NCBI GenBank assembly: GCA_973895155.1
Contig: OZ316891.1
Location: 8,867,875-8,931,874, forward strand
From: Marsupella aquatica
Taxonomy: Eukaryota; Plantae; Marchantiophyta
DNA length: 64,000 bases
Reading direction: 5' to 3'
Shown one piece after another: positions 51,120-64,000 of the stretch. The notes below the pieces were generated by a model. It had not been told where the DNA came from. It ran no database searches and was given only the letters and a program-made list of their open reading frames with translations. Numbering within the stretch: position 1 is the first letter of the stretch; each line of letters begins with the position of its first letter. The translations under genes were made by a program, and so were the position numbers.

Positions 51120-52100
51120 TATAGTCCTTGAAGGGAAGGAGTTCAGACAATCAGACAGACCTTGAAGGAGTGAACTCTAGTCCTATAACTCCTTCAGCCA
51201 ACAGGTATTAGATACTCCACACAGAAAGGAGTCCAGGACAGAATTTAGTCCTTCACATAGAATAGAGTACGTCAAGTGTAGTACTCTTAAAACCTAGCTC
51301 TTTCCTTTGCACAAAAAGGATTCAAGTCCTTCTCAAGGTTAGAATCCTTTCAAGGGAAAAGGAGTAAAGTCATTTTTGGACTTGAGTCCTTCAAACAACA
51401 AGGATTTTAGTCCTTCATGCAAAAAGGAGTCTAGTACTTCAGTCCTTCGGACATTGGAGTGGAGTCCTATATTAGTCCTTCCTATAAAAGGATTTAAGTC
51501 CTTTCATTCAACTGAGTCCTTCATGCACAAGGAGTCCAGTCTTGTAGTCCTTCGGACGAAAAGGATTAAAGTCCTTTCCTGGGACTGAGTCCTTCATGCA
51601 CAAGGAGCCCAGTCCTATAGTCCTTTGGACAAAAAGGATTAAAGTCCTTTGGTGGGACTGAGTCCTTCATACACAAGGAGTCCAGTCCTGTAGTCCTTCG
51701 GACGAAAAGGATTAAAGTCCTTTGGTGGGACTGAGTCCTTCATGCACAAGGAGTCCAGTCCTGTAGTCCTTCGGACAAAAAGGATTAAAGTCCTTTCCTG
51801 GGACTGAGTCCTTCATGCAGCAAGGAGTCTAGCTAGTACATCAGTCCTTCGGACAACAAGGATTAAAGTCCTTTCCTGGGACTGAGTCCTTCATGCAAAA
51901 AGGAGTCTAGTACATCAGTCCTTCGGACAACAAGGATTAAAGTCCCTTTCAGGGCTTTAGTCCTTCGCACAAAATGGATTAAGTCCTTTTCAAGGCTTGA
52001 GTCCTTCACGCAAAAAGGAATTCGGTCTAAAGTCCTTGATGGAAAAAGGAATTCAGTCCTTGTGAGGGCGCATGATTCCTCTGTCAGCTACATACAAGGA
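51120..52100. repeat. ~75-bp tandem repeat built from agtccttc/aagga motifs
   Basis: About 6 near-identical units at 51510-51950 with degenerate flanks. Confidence 0.9.
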
Positions 52101-52324
52101 CTTGAACATTGATTAAGACCTAGCAAGCATATTTTGCATACACTGGATTGAAAGCAAAGCTATGGATACAGCAGTCAGATTGAATTACAGAAAATCTATA
52201 GTTTACAATGTAACTTGTGGGCACCATACTTGACTAGTCATTGCCAGGCACTTCACTCCATTGTAGCGCCTGCATGCACAATCTACATTCCAACAGTGAC
52301 TTGTGAAGTCAAGGAAGCAGAGAT

Positions 52325-55300
52325 TTATGCTAGAGAATGTACATCTAAGTTGTACATCCTACTGCCACCCTTTCGACCAACCTCACATGGAGTCAAAGCA
52401 AACCTAATATGAACTACAGATTTTGCATGAGTATAGCTTGAGGGTGCACTGTCATTGAATACAAATCTGGTTTCTGATTTTGGAATTGGTTGAAACCACC
52501 TTCCCTTCAATGCCAAGTCGCCTGCATCGAACTCCACCTCATACCCGTCTGTAAATCTCTCTTTGATTGTGTGCAGTACCTCCTCACATTGAAGGACGTA
52601 GAAATCAGCACCCCACTTATTTGGCTGCTCGGCTTCAACAGCATAAAAGTCACCTAGTTGGACCATTACTGCCAAAAAGCCATTGTCGTATAGTGCTAAG
52701 TATCAAAAGTGACTCTCCTCACCTAAAACCAGGGTTTCGATCCCTTTAAGAACAGATTTCAGAATGAATTGTATAACTTTTATCACTCCGAGTGATTTAG
52801 AGTCTTGAGCTCTATGTTGACTTCACTTCTCAATAAAAAAATCGAATAAACAAACAACAAAGTAACTGAACTTCTGATTTATGAATTAGAGAAGAAATGA
52901 GTAAGGATTTAGAGACTACAAGCTGCTACTGCCACTCCTTCAGAAAGGATTTGGGCTCAGTATAGACATGAAATCTATCTCATAATTCATCCATCTCACT
53001 CTTCAAAACACAAAGGTTAATGATAATGGAATTCTCAATCTGATGAAGCAGAAGCTTTCTGATTGCAAATGAATGATATGATTTAAAATGCCGTCAACAT
53101 GGTTTGACATCAGCGATACGCAATTCAGTCAAACTCTAAACCATATTCCAGAATCAAAGCAACAGTACTAACTACTCTGAGAATCAGAATTTACTTCTCA
53201 TTTATCATTAACTATTCTTGAATTGGCTAGCGAATCCCGACTCTGCAAGCAAGCCTAGCAGTGAATTCAATACGAGTTTCAGAAATCTGCAACTGAATTC
53301 AATCACCACAGGAATCTCTTGAATTCAATCTTAACTTCAATCAATATAGCTTTACTTCCATACAAAACACTCACAGCATGCCTTGTTACAATGGAAGGAG
53401 GAGAAAACTATTCAGAAGACTCAATTCTGAATATAGTATTAACTCTATTTCTCTCTACTTCAAATGAGCATTCTACTCTGTCTTATAAGTGCTGGAATCC
53501 TAAAATGGAGGAGGTAAGAACAGTCGTGCCTTTCCAAGCTTAAAACTAAACAAGGGAGAAGCACAGCATAAGTACTTCAACAAGGGTGGTAGAATACTAC
53601 TTTACTAGTAATCTACTTCAAAAACTAAGTGTTGAGCGGACGCTGCTAGAAGCGTCGGGAGAATCTGGACGCTGCTAGAAGCGTCTTAAGTAAAACCAAC
53701 GGACGCTGCTCACACTGCTCACAGCGTCAATACTAGGGTGGACGCTGCTCACAGCGTCGTGTGTTGAAGCTGACGCTTTCCACAGCGTCGGTCGAAATCC
53801 TCATAGAGTCTTGGTGGCGGTCGGGCAAAGTACACTAGGAATCGTCAGGAAAGCCGGAGATGTCAAATATTTCTATAAGTGTCCAGAACAAGTAAATGTT
53901 GGCCGGAAGGTGTCTAAAGTGTAAGTAAATCTTGTGATATGCTAAAAATAAACAAGTTTCCAGAAAAAATTGCAGGGACACCCATACCACAGCCATCCTG
54001 CCATTGAGAACCTCCTTCCCCTAGTCCTATGTTGTGTATGTCAGGTATCACATCAATTGGCAGTACTCCTCTCACCATCTCGAGTTTAAAATGTCCTACC
54101 CATTCTATGTTCTCACATTTGGCTGGTTCATCATCTACACAATGAGCACAGAAGCAACAAAGATCCCTTACTTGCAAAAGAGTAGAGAGACGATCACTAA
54201 ACCCATCAAAGCAATGTAGTATTCTACTTCCCTTGATTGCGTCACAGTCCCATTTTTTCCTTCGGTTCACTTCATGTGCACCAATTTCCCAAAACATTTG
54301 CCTCACCAATTGAACGTCACCATATTCCTTCTCTTGGCCAAGGGCAAATTTGTCTTTGCAAAAAGCAACCACATCAGCAGCATTCTCCAACCGAGCTCCA
54401 TGAATTCCTTTTAGCTGCTCCTTCTCTATTCCGCTCTTAATGTGACCACCAAGAGCATCCTGAAATGAAGCACACCAATTACAATTCAATCAGAGGGTGA
54501 ATGAATGTACACCTGTGCAATTTGTAAAGCTCACTATTTACAATGAAAGCTCACTATAGTATTGAATCAGATTGTTCATGATGGTCAAATAGAGCAGTAA
54601 CTAATCAAAGACAGAGTTAAGAAACTCACAGCAACCCCCTTTCCATGTCCTGAAGCATGGAAGAACCATTTCATTCTAGCACCATGTCGCTTGTAATATT
54701 TGGAGACATAATAAAAAGGCCTGCAAGCCTTAAACTGTGAAGCCGCTCCATCTGACCAAACCCAATGGTGCTTGAATGAAATTTTCTCTTGCTTCATCCA
54801 ATTTACGTGTGAGTCCATGCAGTGTTGCACAAAAAGGGTGTCATGGGTGTTGTCATCACTAATGAAAAAATGGTAATCAGCTATAATGTCTTGATTCCCA
54901 ATGTTGTCTTGTGCCATTCCTACAGACCTACCTACGGCAGCCTCAATAGACTCAACATCTTCACGATGTCTGTATGTCACAAGAATCAACAAGGTAATTT
55001 GTTTATTATCCCAATGCTGAGTTTGGACCTCATTCTGGACCTTGAACGTATAATTCTCAGAAAAGTCTATGGACAACACTATAGTTCCCCGCGGGAAGGT
55101 CTTTAGGCAGAGTTTGGACTGAACAGCTTGCCAACGGGCTTGAAAATTATGAATAAGAAATGTCTTCATTGTACCTAGTACATGCAGCTTGAAATCAGGA
55201 AGAGAAGTTCTTCGATGCACCATCCGCAAGCGCTTTACCTTCTGTTGTGCGCTTTCAGCAGTCCCTTTTTTCTTTTCTCTCTTGTTCTGTGTCTTCTCAT

Positions 55301-56954
55301 CTAGCTCCACGTATTGAAAGGTTTCCCAATCAATATAAGGTGTCTCTATGATGTCCATCTCCATTTCACACCATGACAACTTGTGAACTCCACATCTCTC
55401 ACACTGACCAAAAATACAACTCTTCCGGTGCCATTCCTGACCCTCAAGCTTAGGACAAACTGCTCCTTCCATCCATTCTCGTACTGAAGTAATGGATGTC
55501 TTAGAGGCAATACAACTGCGACCCTCTGAAGAAGCATTGGGTGATCTACATATGGAACACTCACAATTACAATCCTTTTGGTGCTGGTGTCTCCTGAACT
55601 TGTTGAGTGCCTCTTTCAACAGGTCCATTTCAACATGTTGTTTGCAACAGCAAACCATTCTATCCTTCATAGTGCGGATATAGTATATGGCTTTAATTGT
55701 TGAAAAGATTTGAGACCTATAGAAATGCCATTCCCCTCCACGGTGCACCAATTTTGGAATTTCATGAAGAGCTCAACCTGCAAGACACGCAATATGAAAT
55801 CAGGATCCATTCGCCAGGGGGTAAGGTTCAACTTACTCATAGAAACTCTGTCATGCACTTCAGAGAATACGAGTTCAACACGATCATACTATTAGCAAAA
55901 AACAATTATTTACCTTAGTATCCTCAAGCCAATGCTTGGAATGCTTCTCGTACTGCTTCAAACCTAGGCGTAGTTTGGCCACATCCTTCTTGCAAGGAGA
56001 AATTCGAGTATTGCTCTCCCAGTATTGTTCCACAATCTTTCGCACCTCAATAGAAATCTTGTCACTCCTAACCTTTCGGTCACTGGTAGGATATCTCAAT
56101 GCTGCATCCTGATCAAGCTGTTTCCTCATTGCACCTGCTTTGTGGATGTTTTGACGTTTGACACCCAAAGCTGTGGCCAATGAGGTCTGGTATCTACTCC
56201 CTACTATGGACTCTCCTACCAGCGATATCAAGAGCGCTCTCTTCATGGCTAGATGATCTTTGCGTCTAGCTGATTTCACAATTTTTAGAGATTTAACAAG
56301 GTCAATCACGGCAGACCCTACAAATGCATCTAGCCTTGCACACCCAAGCGCTGCAGGCTAGTATTGTCTCAAAGCACTATGCAACCAAAATCTCTCCATA
56401 ACTAGCTTTCTAGCAGCCACATTAAGGTCTTTCATTCGACTCATTAAAACCCTAATGAAATTGGAAACTAATCTATTGATGCACTGTCGCTTCCGGTTTG
56501 GGATAGGATCACCGTGGTCACTACATACCCCCGTTCTCTTCATGCGGGTGCGAGATTGGTGCTCCTCTTGGTATTGAGCTTGTTTCCTTGCTGTGTCTCT
56601 TCTCCGAAATGCTACAGCCTTGTCCAAATCATGAACTTGAAACTCTGGCTCATCAATAGACACTGCGAGTTGCGCATTCAATGCTTGGAGACGTGCTTCC
56701 CTTCTGCCTATGGTTGCATTCAAAACACAGACTCTTTCCTTGCCTTTAGCAACTTCCTCTTGCAAGTTTGAAAGCATGGTGTGTAACAACGGAGCAACCT
56801 CACTCTGTGCTTGGGCAATGATTTCTCGTATGTCATCCATAGCAGCCATCTTTAGCGCCTCGCATTGTTGATTCACACCACGAAGCAATTGCTGCCCTTC
56901 TTGCTCTGCCTCAGTGAGCATGTTTTCACATTGTAACTCCGCATCCGCAAGCAT
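52325..56954 (-). pseudogene. Sola2-like DDD transposase, spliced, disrupted by a stop and a solo LTR
   Basis: SIDFSENY..QNEVQTQHW, WVWSDGAASQFK, and FFHASGHGKGVA|DALGG across a GTGAGT..TTTCAG intron (54629-54460). Cys clusters upstream (CCCKQH, CIFGQCERC) and downstream (CCFCAHC). TAG at 56358-56360. Confidence 0.82.
52684..53980. mobile_element. Probable solo LTR (1297 bp) inserted in the transposase 3' exon
   Basis: TGTC...GACA ends. Flanks GCCAT / CCCAT (4/5 TSD match). Coding-like sequence on both sides. Internal gacgctgct..agcgtc palindromic repeats at 53637-53790. Confidence 0.7.
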
Positions 56955-57999
56955 ATCCGAACCTTGTTGCTCCGCATCTGCAAGAATGTCATTACAGTGC
57001 TGCTCTGCATCCGCAAGAACCTCGTTCTCCCAATTGCACTGAGTGGTTGCATCTTTTTTCTTCCTCTCAGACTGATCGTAGTATTTCTAACGCCTTCTTT
57101 GGTTACGAGCCTCTCTCTTTATCCTTTCAAGTGCATCTTCTACGTTACTAAGAATCACCATCTCTCGTTGATGAATTTGCAAATAAGCTCTGTATGTGCC
57201 CGCCCTCTACGCACTCACCTCTACTCTAAATATCTCCGACTTCCGAAATGGAATTGTTCATGAATAAGGAAGACTCTCAAGTGAAATGAGGGATCTGAAA
57301 ATAATGCAACATCAAACCTGACCGTGTGCATTCTTTCAAGTGTTTCTTTAAGAATGGGAATATTGAAAGCATTGCGTGTTGTGCCTTGAGCTTTGGATAC
57401 AGAGTCCGACGCAACATTCAAAATAAGTCACGAAGCTCCAAAGGAGTCATCGGGCAACAGTGGTTGCAACAGTCCTTATTTTGGATTTAGCATAAAGTTT
57501 GGGATGTCTTAATTGATATTTTGAATTTTGAACCGTCCTAAAACCGGCGTCTATAATCAAACAAAGATCCTTAATCACTAACAACTGGCTTTTGGGGCCA
57601 CCACTTCGCTTTAGAGGGGTACATTCAATGCATATTTGGACTCAAATTCAGATCTAACCTTTGGATGGGCACGAAACAGATCTGGGCCCTTCCATGTCAC
57701 ATTTTGGTCACTTGAGAATATTCTGAGAATTAGTTCAAGGACCCAAGTCCTTTTGGTGGAGAAAGTGGAGATCCTTTTAGTACCCCTCTAGCTTGCTTTT
57801 GACCCAAAATGACCCAATTTTCCTAAATGGTCAATTTAGACACGTGTCTTAAATGACGCAAATAATAACAACAATGATAAATCAGTGTTTAGCAACATTA
57901 TAGTCACTCTAGACAATGATAGAAATGACCAAAAATCTATTTAGGTCATTTTGGACAACGGTGATAAATGACAAAAAATGTATGACCGTCATTTTAACC

Positions 58000-58445
58000 A
58001 ACGGTGTTAAATGACAAAATATAGGGTCAATCTGAAAATGAGAATATATTAGTGTTTACAACAACATATTGTCATTATGGACTCCTCCCATAAATGACTA
58101 ACTCTAGGGTCAATCTTGAAATTAGGGCATATCAGTGTTTACAAGAACATACCGTCATTATGGACGTCTCTCATAAATGACTCACTCTAGGGTCAATCTA
58201 TAAATTATGACATATCAATGTTTACAGGAACATACCGTCATTATGGACTACTCTCATAAATGACTAACTCCAAAGTCAATCTTGAAATTAGGATATATCG
58301 GTGTTTACAACAACATACTGTCATTATGGACTTGTCGCATAAATGACTAAATATAGGGTCAATCTAAAATCACGATATATCAATGTTTACAATAACATAC
58401 AGTCATTATGGACTTATTGCATAAATGACTACTTATAGAGTCATT
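58000..58445. repeat. ~84-bp tandem repeat (agggtcaatct..gtgtttacaa.aacatac.gtcattatggact..cataaatgac)
   Basis: Five consecutive units visible. Confidence 0.9.
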
Positions 58446-58524
58446 AAAGAACCCAAGAGACATGAGATTAAAATACTCAATAGTCATTCCAGACACCGGT
58501 CATAATTGTAGAGTCATTGATATA

Positions 58525-60960
58525 GTTGATAACCCTTCCACTAAGTGCGGGACACAATACTCATCATTGTCCTCCCACTGGTTGCGGCATTAGCAATTTG
58601 AACACATGTCTTGCATTTACTTTAGGCATGATGCACCTAGCTTTGGGGAAATCACTCCCAAGTCATACACCTTTGGAGTGATTTTCCAGAAGTGTTACCA
58701 TATATAGATGCGCGCATACTATCGTATCCAAAGGCAAATGAAACCTTTTTGTCTCTCCAAGAAGTAGGGCAATACCAATGGAAGGTTGTCATCCTTTGTT
58801 GTAATTGTGTCATGTTTGTGCCGGTGTTTGGATGGGGAATATTTTAATTTGCAAATAAATAGTGATGGGGCATTCAAGGAGCTAGTGTAATCTTTATTGG
58901 GTCATTTCTAAAAACTTTTACATCACAAATACCAATGACTAAAAGTAGGGTCATTAAAACTGTCATATGGAGAGTCATATTAGTCTAATGATTGGATTTG
59001 TGGTCATTTGAGGGGTCCCTCATGCAGTCATTAAGGAAAACCACAAATGAGCAGTTTGGGGCTAGGGGCTGGAGGTGGGCCCTAGAGTGCCCTGGGGCCC
59101 CACATGGAGGTGAGAACCCCTCCACTGGGTGCGGGACACTATACTCATCATTGTCCAACCACATAGAGGCATGATGCACCTTTGGGGAAATCACTCCCAA
59201 GTCGTACAACTTTGGAGTGATTTGCCAAAAATGTTACCATGCATGCATACCATCACATCCAAAGGCAAATAAAACCTGTTTTTTGGTTCTGCAAGAGGTG
59301 GTGCTGCACCAATGGAATGGGCAGGGGAATTGTGCTTCTCTGTATGGTGTGGGTGTGGGTTTAGGGAAGAGGAATATTCCAAAAGGAATCTATTGCGGGC
59401 TCTCTTTGGAGGTACTAGGGCCTTTATTGGGTCATATGTGACCAATGACTTGTCATAAATGCCAATGACCAAAAGTCAAGTCATTAAAACTGTCATATGG
59501 GAAGTCATATAAGTCAAGTGACTGGACTTGTGGTCATTTGTGTGGCCCTTCATGCAGTCATTAAACAGAAGCACAAATGACCAGTTTGGGGCTAGGGGCT
59601 GAAGGCCCTAGAGTGCCATGTGGCCCCACATAGAGCTCGCAACCCCTCCACTAGGTGCAAAATACTATATTTACTATTCTCCAACCACTAGTTGCACCAT
59701 TAGCACCGTACCTCATATGTGAGTTTTTGCGTTTACTTAAGGGATGATGCAACATTGGGGAAATCACTCCGAAGTCATACAACTTTGGAGTGATTTGCCA
59801 AAAGCACCATCATGGATCATGAATATCTTATGTTCCAAAGGCAAATGGAGCCATTTGTTTTGTTCCTCAATGAGGTAGTGCAACACCAATGGAATGGGCG
59901 TGGTAGTGGTGCTTCCCTCTACGGTGGACATGTGTGTTGGTTAAAGGTATAGGAATATTCCTATTTTACAAGAAATCTAAAGCGGCCTCTTTCTTGACGT
60001 ACTAGGACCTTCATTGGGTCATTTTTTAACAAAGTCGTGTCATAATTGCCAATGACTACAAAGAGGGTCATTGAATTGGTCATATGGGATGTCATATAAG
60101 GCAAATGACTGGACTTTGAGTCATTTGAGATGTCCCTAGTGCAGTCATTGAAGACAAGCATGAATGACCAATTTGGGGCTAAGGGTTGGAGGCGGGCCCT
60201 AGAGTGCCATGTGGCCCCACATAGAGCTCGCAACCCCTCCACTAGGTGCAAAATACTATATTTACCATTCTCCAACCACTAGTTGCACCATTACCACTTT
60301 GGAGCTGTGTTTTTGTGTTTACTTTAGGCACGATGGAACTTTGGGAAAATCACTCCCAAGTCATACAACGAGGAGTGATTTAGGAAAAGTGTCACCATGC
60401 ATGCATACCGTCCTATCCAAACAGCAAACAAAAATTGGTTTTGTCTCTCCAAGAGATATATAATGCAATACTAGTGGAAGACTATGTCCTTCTATATAAC
60501 TATGTCATGTTTGTGCCGATATTTGGATTTGGATATATTCTATTAAATTCCAAATGAATTGTAAGGGGGCACTCCGAGAGGTAATGTACTCTTCATTGGG
60601 TCATTTTCACATAATGGTGTGTCATTAATGCCAATGACTACATATAGGGTCATTTTTATAGTCATATTGGAGGTCATTTGGAGCAATGCCAAATTTGTGG
60701 TCATTAGACAGGTCCCTCATGGTGTGTCATTAATGAAAACACCTCAAATTAGAATCATTTTGGTTGTCATACTACAGGTAAGAAGTTCCAAATGATTGGA
60801 AATGTGGTCCAATCAAAGGCTATTGGGGGGTTCTCTTTGGAGGTACAAGGGAGTTCATTGGGTCATTTGTGAATTAAATAGTGCTTCAATCTGAATGACT
60901 AAAAGTGGGGTCACTCACGCTGTCATCTTGGAAGCCATTAATGTTGGCATATTGGAGGTC
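58525..60960. repeat. Large ~530-590 bp tandem repeat, about 4 copies
   Basis: Anchor aaccc.tccact at 58531, 59116, 59641 and 60232; aaatcactcc.aagtc.tac also recurs four times. Confidence 0.88.
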
Positions 60961-61785
60961 ATATAGTCATGGGAAGGCTCACTTATTAATGCTTTGGTGT
61001 AATGCTCTCAAAAACTCTTAGACAACACAACCTCATATGTAGTGCTTATGTAGCATGTAAGGGGCCCGGGATGTGGGCCCATGACGAGGATGCTGGCAAG
61101 TACACATACTATACGTATGTCTATTAAACTAATAACTATCATATGGTGAGACTAATAATGTAGTCCAAAATTGTGTTCATGCATATGGTCCTTTTTGCAG
61201 ACATAACCTATCACCCAAAAAACATGGCCGGTATATAGTTAATTACACTAATGTAATCCACAACACCCTCACCTCCCATTAAGGAGGTTTAAATGAGGGG
61301 CGGGTTATGGGATTAGGGTCAATGTCTTGTTGGCACCTACACAAACAGCCATGACCTTATGGGGGTGTCGTGACATTATGAGCTATTTACCTTCAGTGCC
61401 TTCCCTAGGGCCTTATGGGGGCGTCCCGACCTTGTTATTAATCTATTTAGTTGGTATTATCTATGGGCCTTATGGGGGGGTTTTGTTACATTGTTATTAA
61501 CTAGTCTCAAAAAATAACCCTAATTAATGACCCACAATATCCACCATCCCCATCCAACAAAATACCTTACCTTTACGGGGTTTAGGGGTCCAGCAATTAG
61601 GTTTATCCCGCTCAAGCGTACCAACAGGAGCCCTTTTTCCTCAACAAACATTGAGAGGGCAACGCGATATGTGCTTAATTCTTAGCATGCCTTTGTGTGC
61701 ACATTGCCAGGGCTTAGGGCTGCGCAGCTTTGTGCTCCATTCCACCAAGCGCACGGAACGAAGGCGGGCACATTTGCCCCGGGAG

Positions 61786-62072
61786 CTCGGGGGGTTAACT
61801 AAGTGTATATTTTGAGGTACCACGTGCAATCCTAGCCTAATATAAATAGACCTAATTTATAAAGAAAATATTCCAAGAATATTCTCTATTTTCAATACTA
61901 ATAACCTATTTTACTTTATAAAGGGTATATATTAAAGAATATTCTATAAACATGAGTTTATAATACCTTCTTTTGCCTCCTACGCTTTTTAAAAATTTAG
62001 TTAAAATTTGTCAAAAATACCTATTTTGGATCGCACGTGGTTCCTAAGATTTTTGATAGTCAACCCCCCGAG
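61786..62072. mobile_element. 287-bp MITE of the P-like family
   Basis: TIR CTCGGGGGGTTAACT / AGTCAACCCCCCGAG. Exact 8-bp TSD CCCGGGAG at 61778-61785 and 62073-62080. Confidence 0.92.
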
Positions 62073-64000
62073 CCCGGGAGCAGAGATTGGAGTTGCGGGA
62101 GGAAGGGAAGGCATTCGCGCATTGGTCTCACCGTTTAGACCTGCTTAGACCTGCTTAGACCTGCAGGAGCACAGGTTGGAGTTGCAGGAGGGGAGGAGTT
62201 TCGACACTCTTCCGAGCACATGTTTGAGTTGCGGGAGGGAAGGGAAGGCATTCGAGCGTTGGGGACCCCAATCATTGTGGAAGGCAAAAATGGTGGAAGC
62301 TCGTGGATCGAAGGCAGTGAAAGCAACTAGTCTCACCGTTCGTCAAGGAGCTATGGGAGCTGCAGGAGGTGTTACATCAGGAGCTGCGGAGCTGCGGGAG
62401 GAGTTGCAGAGCTACGGGAGGAGCTGTGGAGCTGCGGGCTGCTACTTGCAAGTTCAAGGCGGAGGTCGCAGGTAATGCTCCAATACGCTACTATGATCCT
62501 TTGCTTGCCACATTTTGTGCTATGTCGTTTGTCTGCTCCGCATTCGCTGCTACATTTCCGATTGTAGCTCAATTTTTTCCCAGAGGTCAGCTGAGCAGAG
62601 GTGAGGTCTCGTTGCTAGGAGGTGGGGAGTTCAATGTATGGGAGTTATGCGCGCGGTCCCGAGTGCCTAGGTTATCATCATAAGCACATCCGTTTGTTCC
62701 TTTTACTTGCGCATGCGCCTGCTCCCTCCCCTCTGTGCTTCCGTCAAGACTTGACGTTCAATGTTTGGCTTTCTTGGCACACCACGTTACTGAGCGCTCG
62801 TTGCTTCATTGGCATTGGTGAGGGTTGTGCAGCGTCAATGGCCCCCTCACGCTGATTACATGGCCATTGCTCCTGGCTGCATTGTGCCTTGGTAGCTTGG
62901 TCAGATGAGGTATGAGGCATGCTCAAGGCTTGGGTTGCGCAGCTAAGATTATCACTGAGCTGCCATCACGGAAGGAGCTACGGGAGTTCAAGGGCTCAAG
63001 GCAATCCATGACAACCTTCAATCGACAACAAGCTACTGGTGATTGAGGAGTGGGAGGAGTGGTGAGGAGCGGGTGAGGACGAGCTGCAATCGGCAATCAA
63101 CTATAGGAGGTTCCAGAGTGGAGGAGTTACGGGAGTTGAGGAGCTGCAGATGCCATATATGTCTGCAAGTTCCCAACATGGAAACAGATTCTGGGCCCCA
63201 AGGATAGAGGCACCAAGGAGCTGCGGTAGTTGTCCATTGTTGGAAGTGGGAGCTTCATTGCACTGTCTTTCCAGTGCAACAGCCATTGTCGGACGGTGGT
63301 GGGAGGAACTAAGGACTTCCATTTGTGGGAGCAAGTTCGGGCTTTAAGGGTAAGCGCATGATTGTGTGATCATGCGATGGTTGGAGTTTGGGTTTCTCTC
63401 TGTTTTTTTGTCTTAATCACAACCTGGACCCTCTTTCCGACCTTGTCTCAATGTTCATAGAGCTTTACATGTGCCTGCAATATATGTGTTGTCTTAAAGG
63501 ATCCAGACAGATTGAATGTAATCAGTCTTAAAAACTATTCGTGCGAGGACTGCTCTGCAGAACAATTGAACACCATACACCTCAAGCTTATAATTGCAAA
63601 AACAAAATAAAGCTTACTATCTCCAAATGACAGTGTTCCTTTCTGTCTGCTATTGATTTGCTGATTTGCTGATTTCTGATTTCTGATTTTGTTATAGTGG
63701 AACATTAAACTTCTGTTGTGGTCTGATGATCTCCCTTCCTTAGCAACCATGTCATCATTCCAATCAATATATTGCCTACAGTCCAAGCAAGAGAGATGAT
63801 TATACCTCATAGATCGCTAATGAGCACTTCAGGACCTGTGGAACATAATGTCATCGTACGAGAAGAGTAAACAAGGACCTGGGCCTCCATCTGGTAAAAT
63901 GTGCTCGTGATTAAATGTAGCCAACCAACCCATGGTGAATGCCATCCTACGGATGTAACTGCGCCCACTTTGTGTATGTCTCCTGTAGTTCCTCCTTAGC

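Larger units (their letters stand above)
44194..57804 (-). mobile_element. Sola2-like DNA transposon, 13.6 kb
   Basis: Perfect 25-bp TIR GGTCAAAAGCAAGCTAGAGGGGTAC / GTACCCCTCTAGCTTGCTTTTGACC. 4-bp TSD CAAA at 44190-44193 and 57805-57808. Internal DDD transposase. Confidence 0.88.
44005..60960. mobile_element. CACTA-like element end with AATGAC-rich subterminal and tandem repeats, split by the Sola2-like insertion (right end not located)
   Basis: Begins CACTAGAAGAAAA. Dense aatgac/gtcatt motifs at 44030-44190 resume immediately after 57808. No matching TTTTCTTCTAGTG seen, so the end coordinate is approximate. Confidence 0.55.

Noticed and set aside
62080-64000. Short ORFs in GGAGCTGC-rich DNA and a Cys-containing ORF at 63535-63810
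   Set aside because: Low complexity, no recognisable domain or splice structure within the window.

Overview
Eukaryotic DNA from a land plant, probably a non-seed plant (spliceosomal GT-AG introns; COMT-type, YUCCA and R2R3-MYB sequences). The host content is a minus-strand tandem array of COMT-like SAM-dependent methyltransferases: three intact 4-exon genes (5443-8158, 12221-15032, 35477-38032) and one decayed copy (~28.8-32.6 kb). Each intact gene has a conserved transit-peptide-like N-terminal extension and non-canonical active-site motifs. The rest is nested DNA transposons whose ends can be read directly. (1) A 9.2-kb element (16495-25673, 8-bp TSD) encodes a degenerate P-element/THAP9-like transposase plus an EDM2/NSD-like PHD-finger cassette. 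Two related MITEs are present, as is the right end of another copy carrying an R2R3-MYB exon. (2) A 13.6-kb Sola2-like element (44194-57804, 25-bp TIR, 4-bp TSD) carries a convergent coiled-coil/RING-H2 gene, a nested MITE and a solo LTR, and is itself inserted in a CACTA-like end. (3) There is also an intronless kinase pseudogene behind a GC-rich repeat/TATA promoter, and an orphan YUCCA last exon. The most notable candidate system is transposon superfamilies rarely described in land plants (P, Sola2) carrying chromatin-reader or ubiquitin-ligase cargo. All family assignments come from motif recognition by eye, not database searches.
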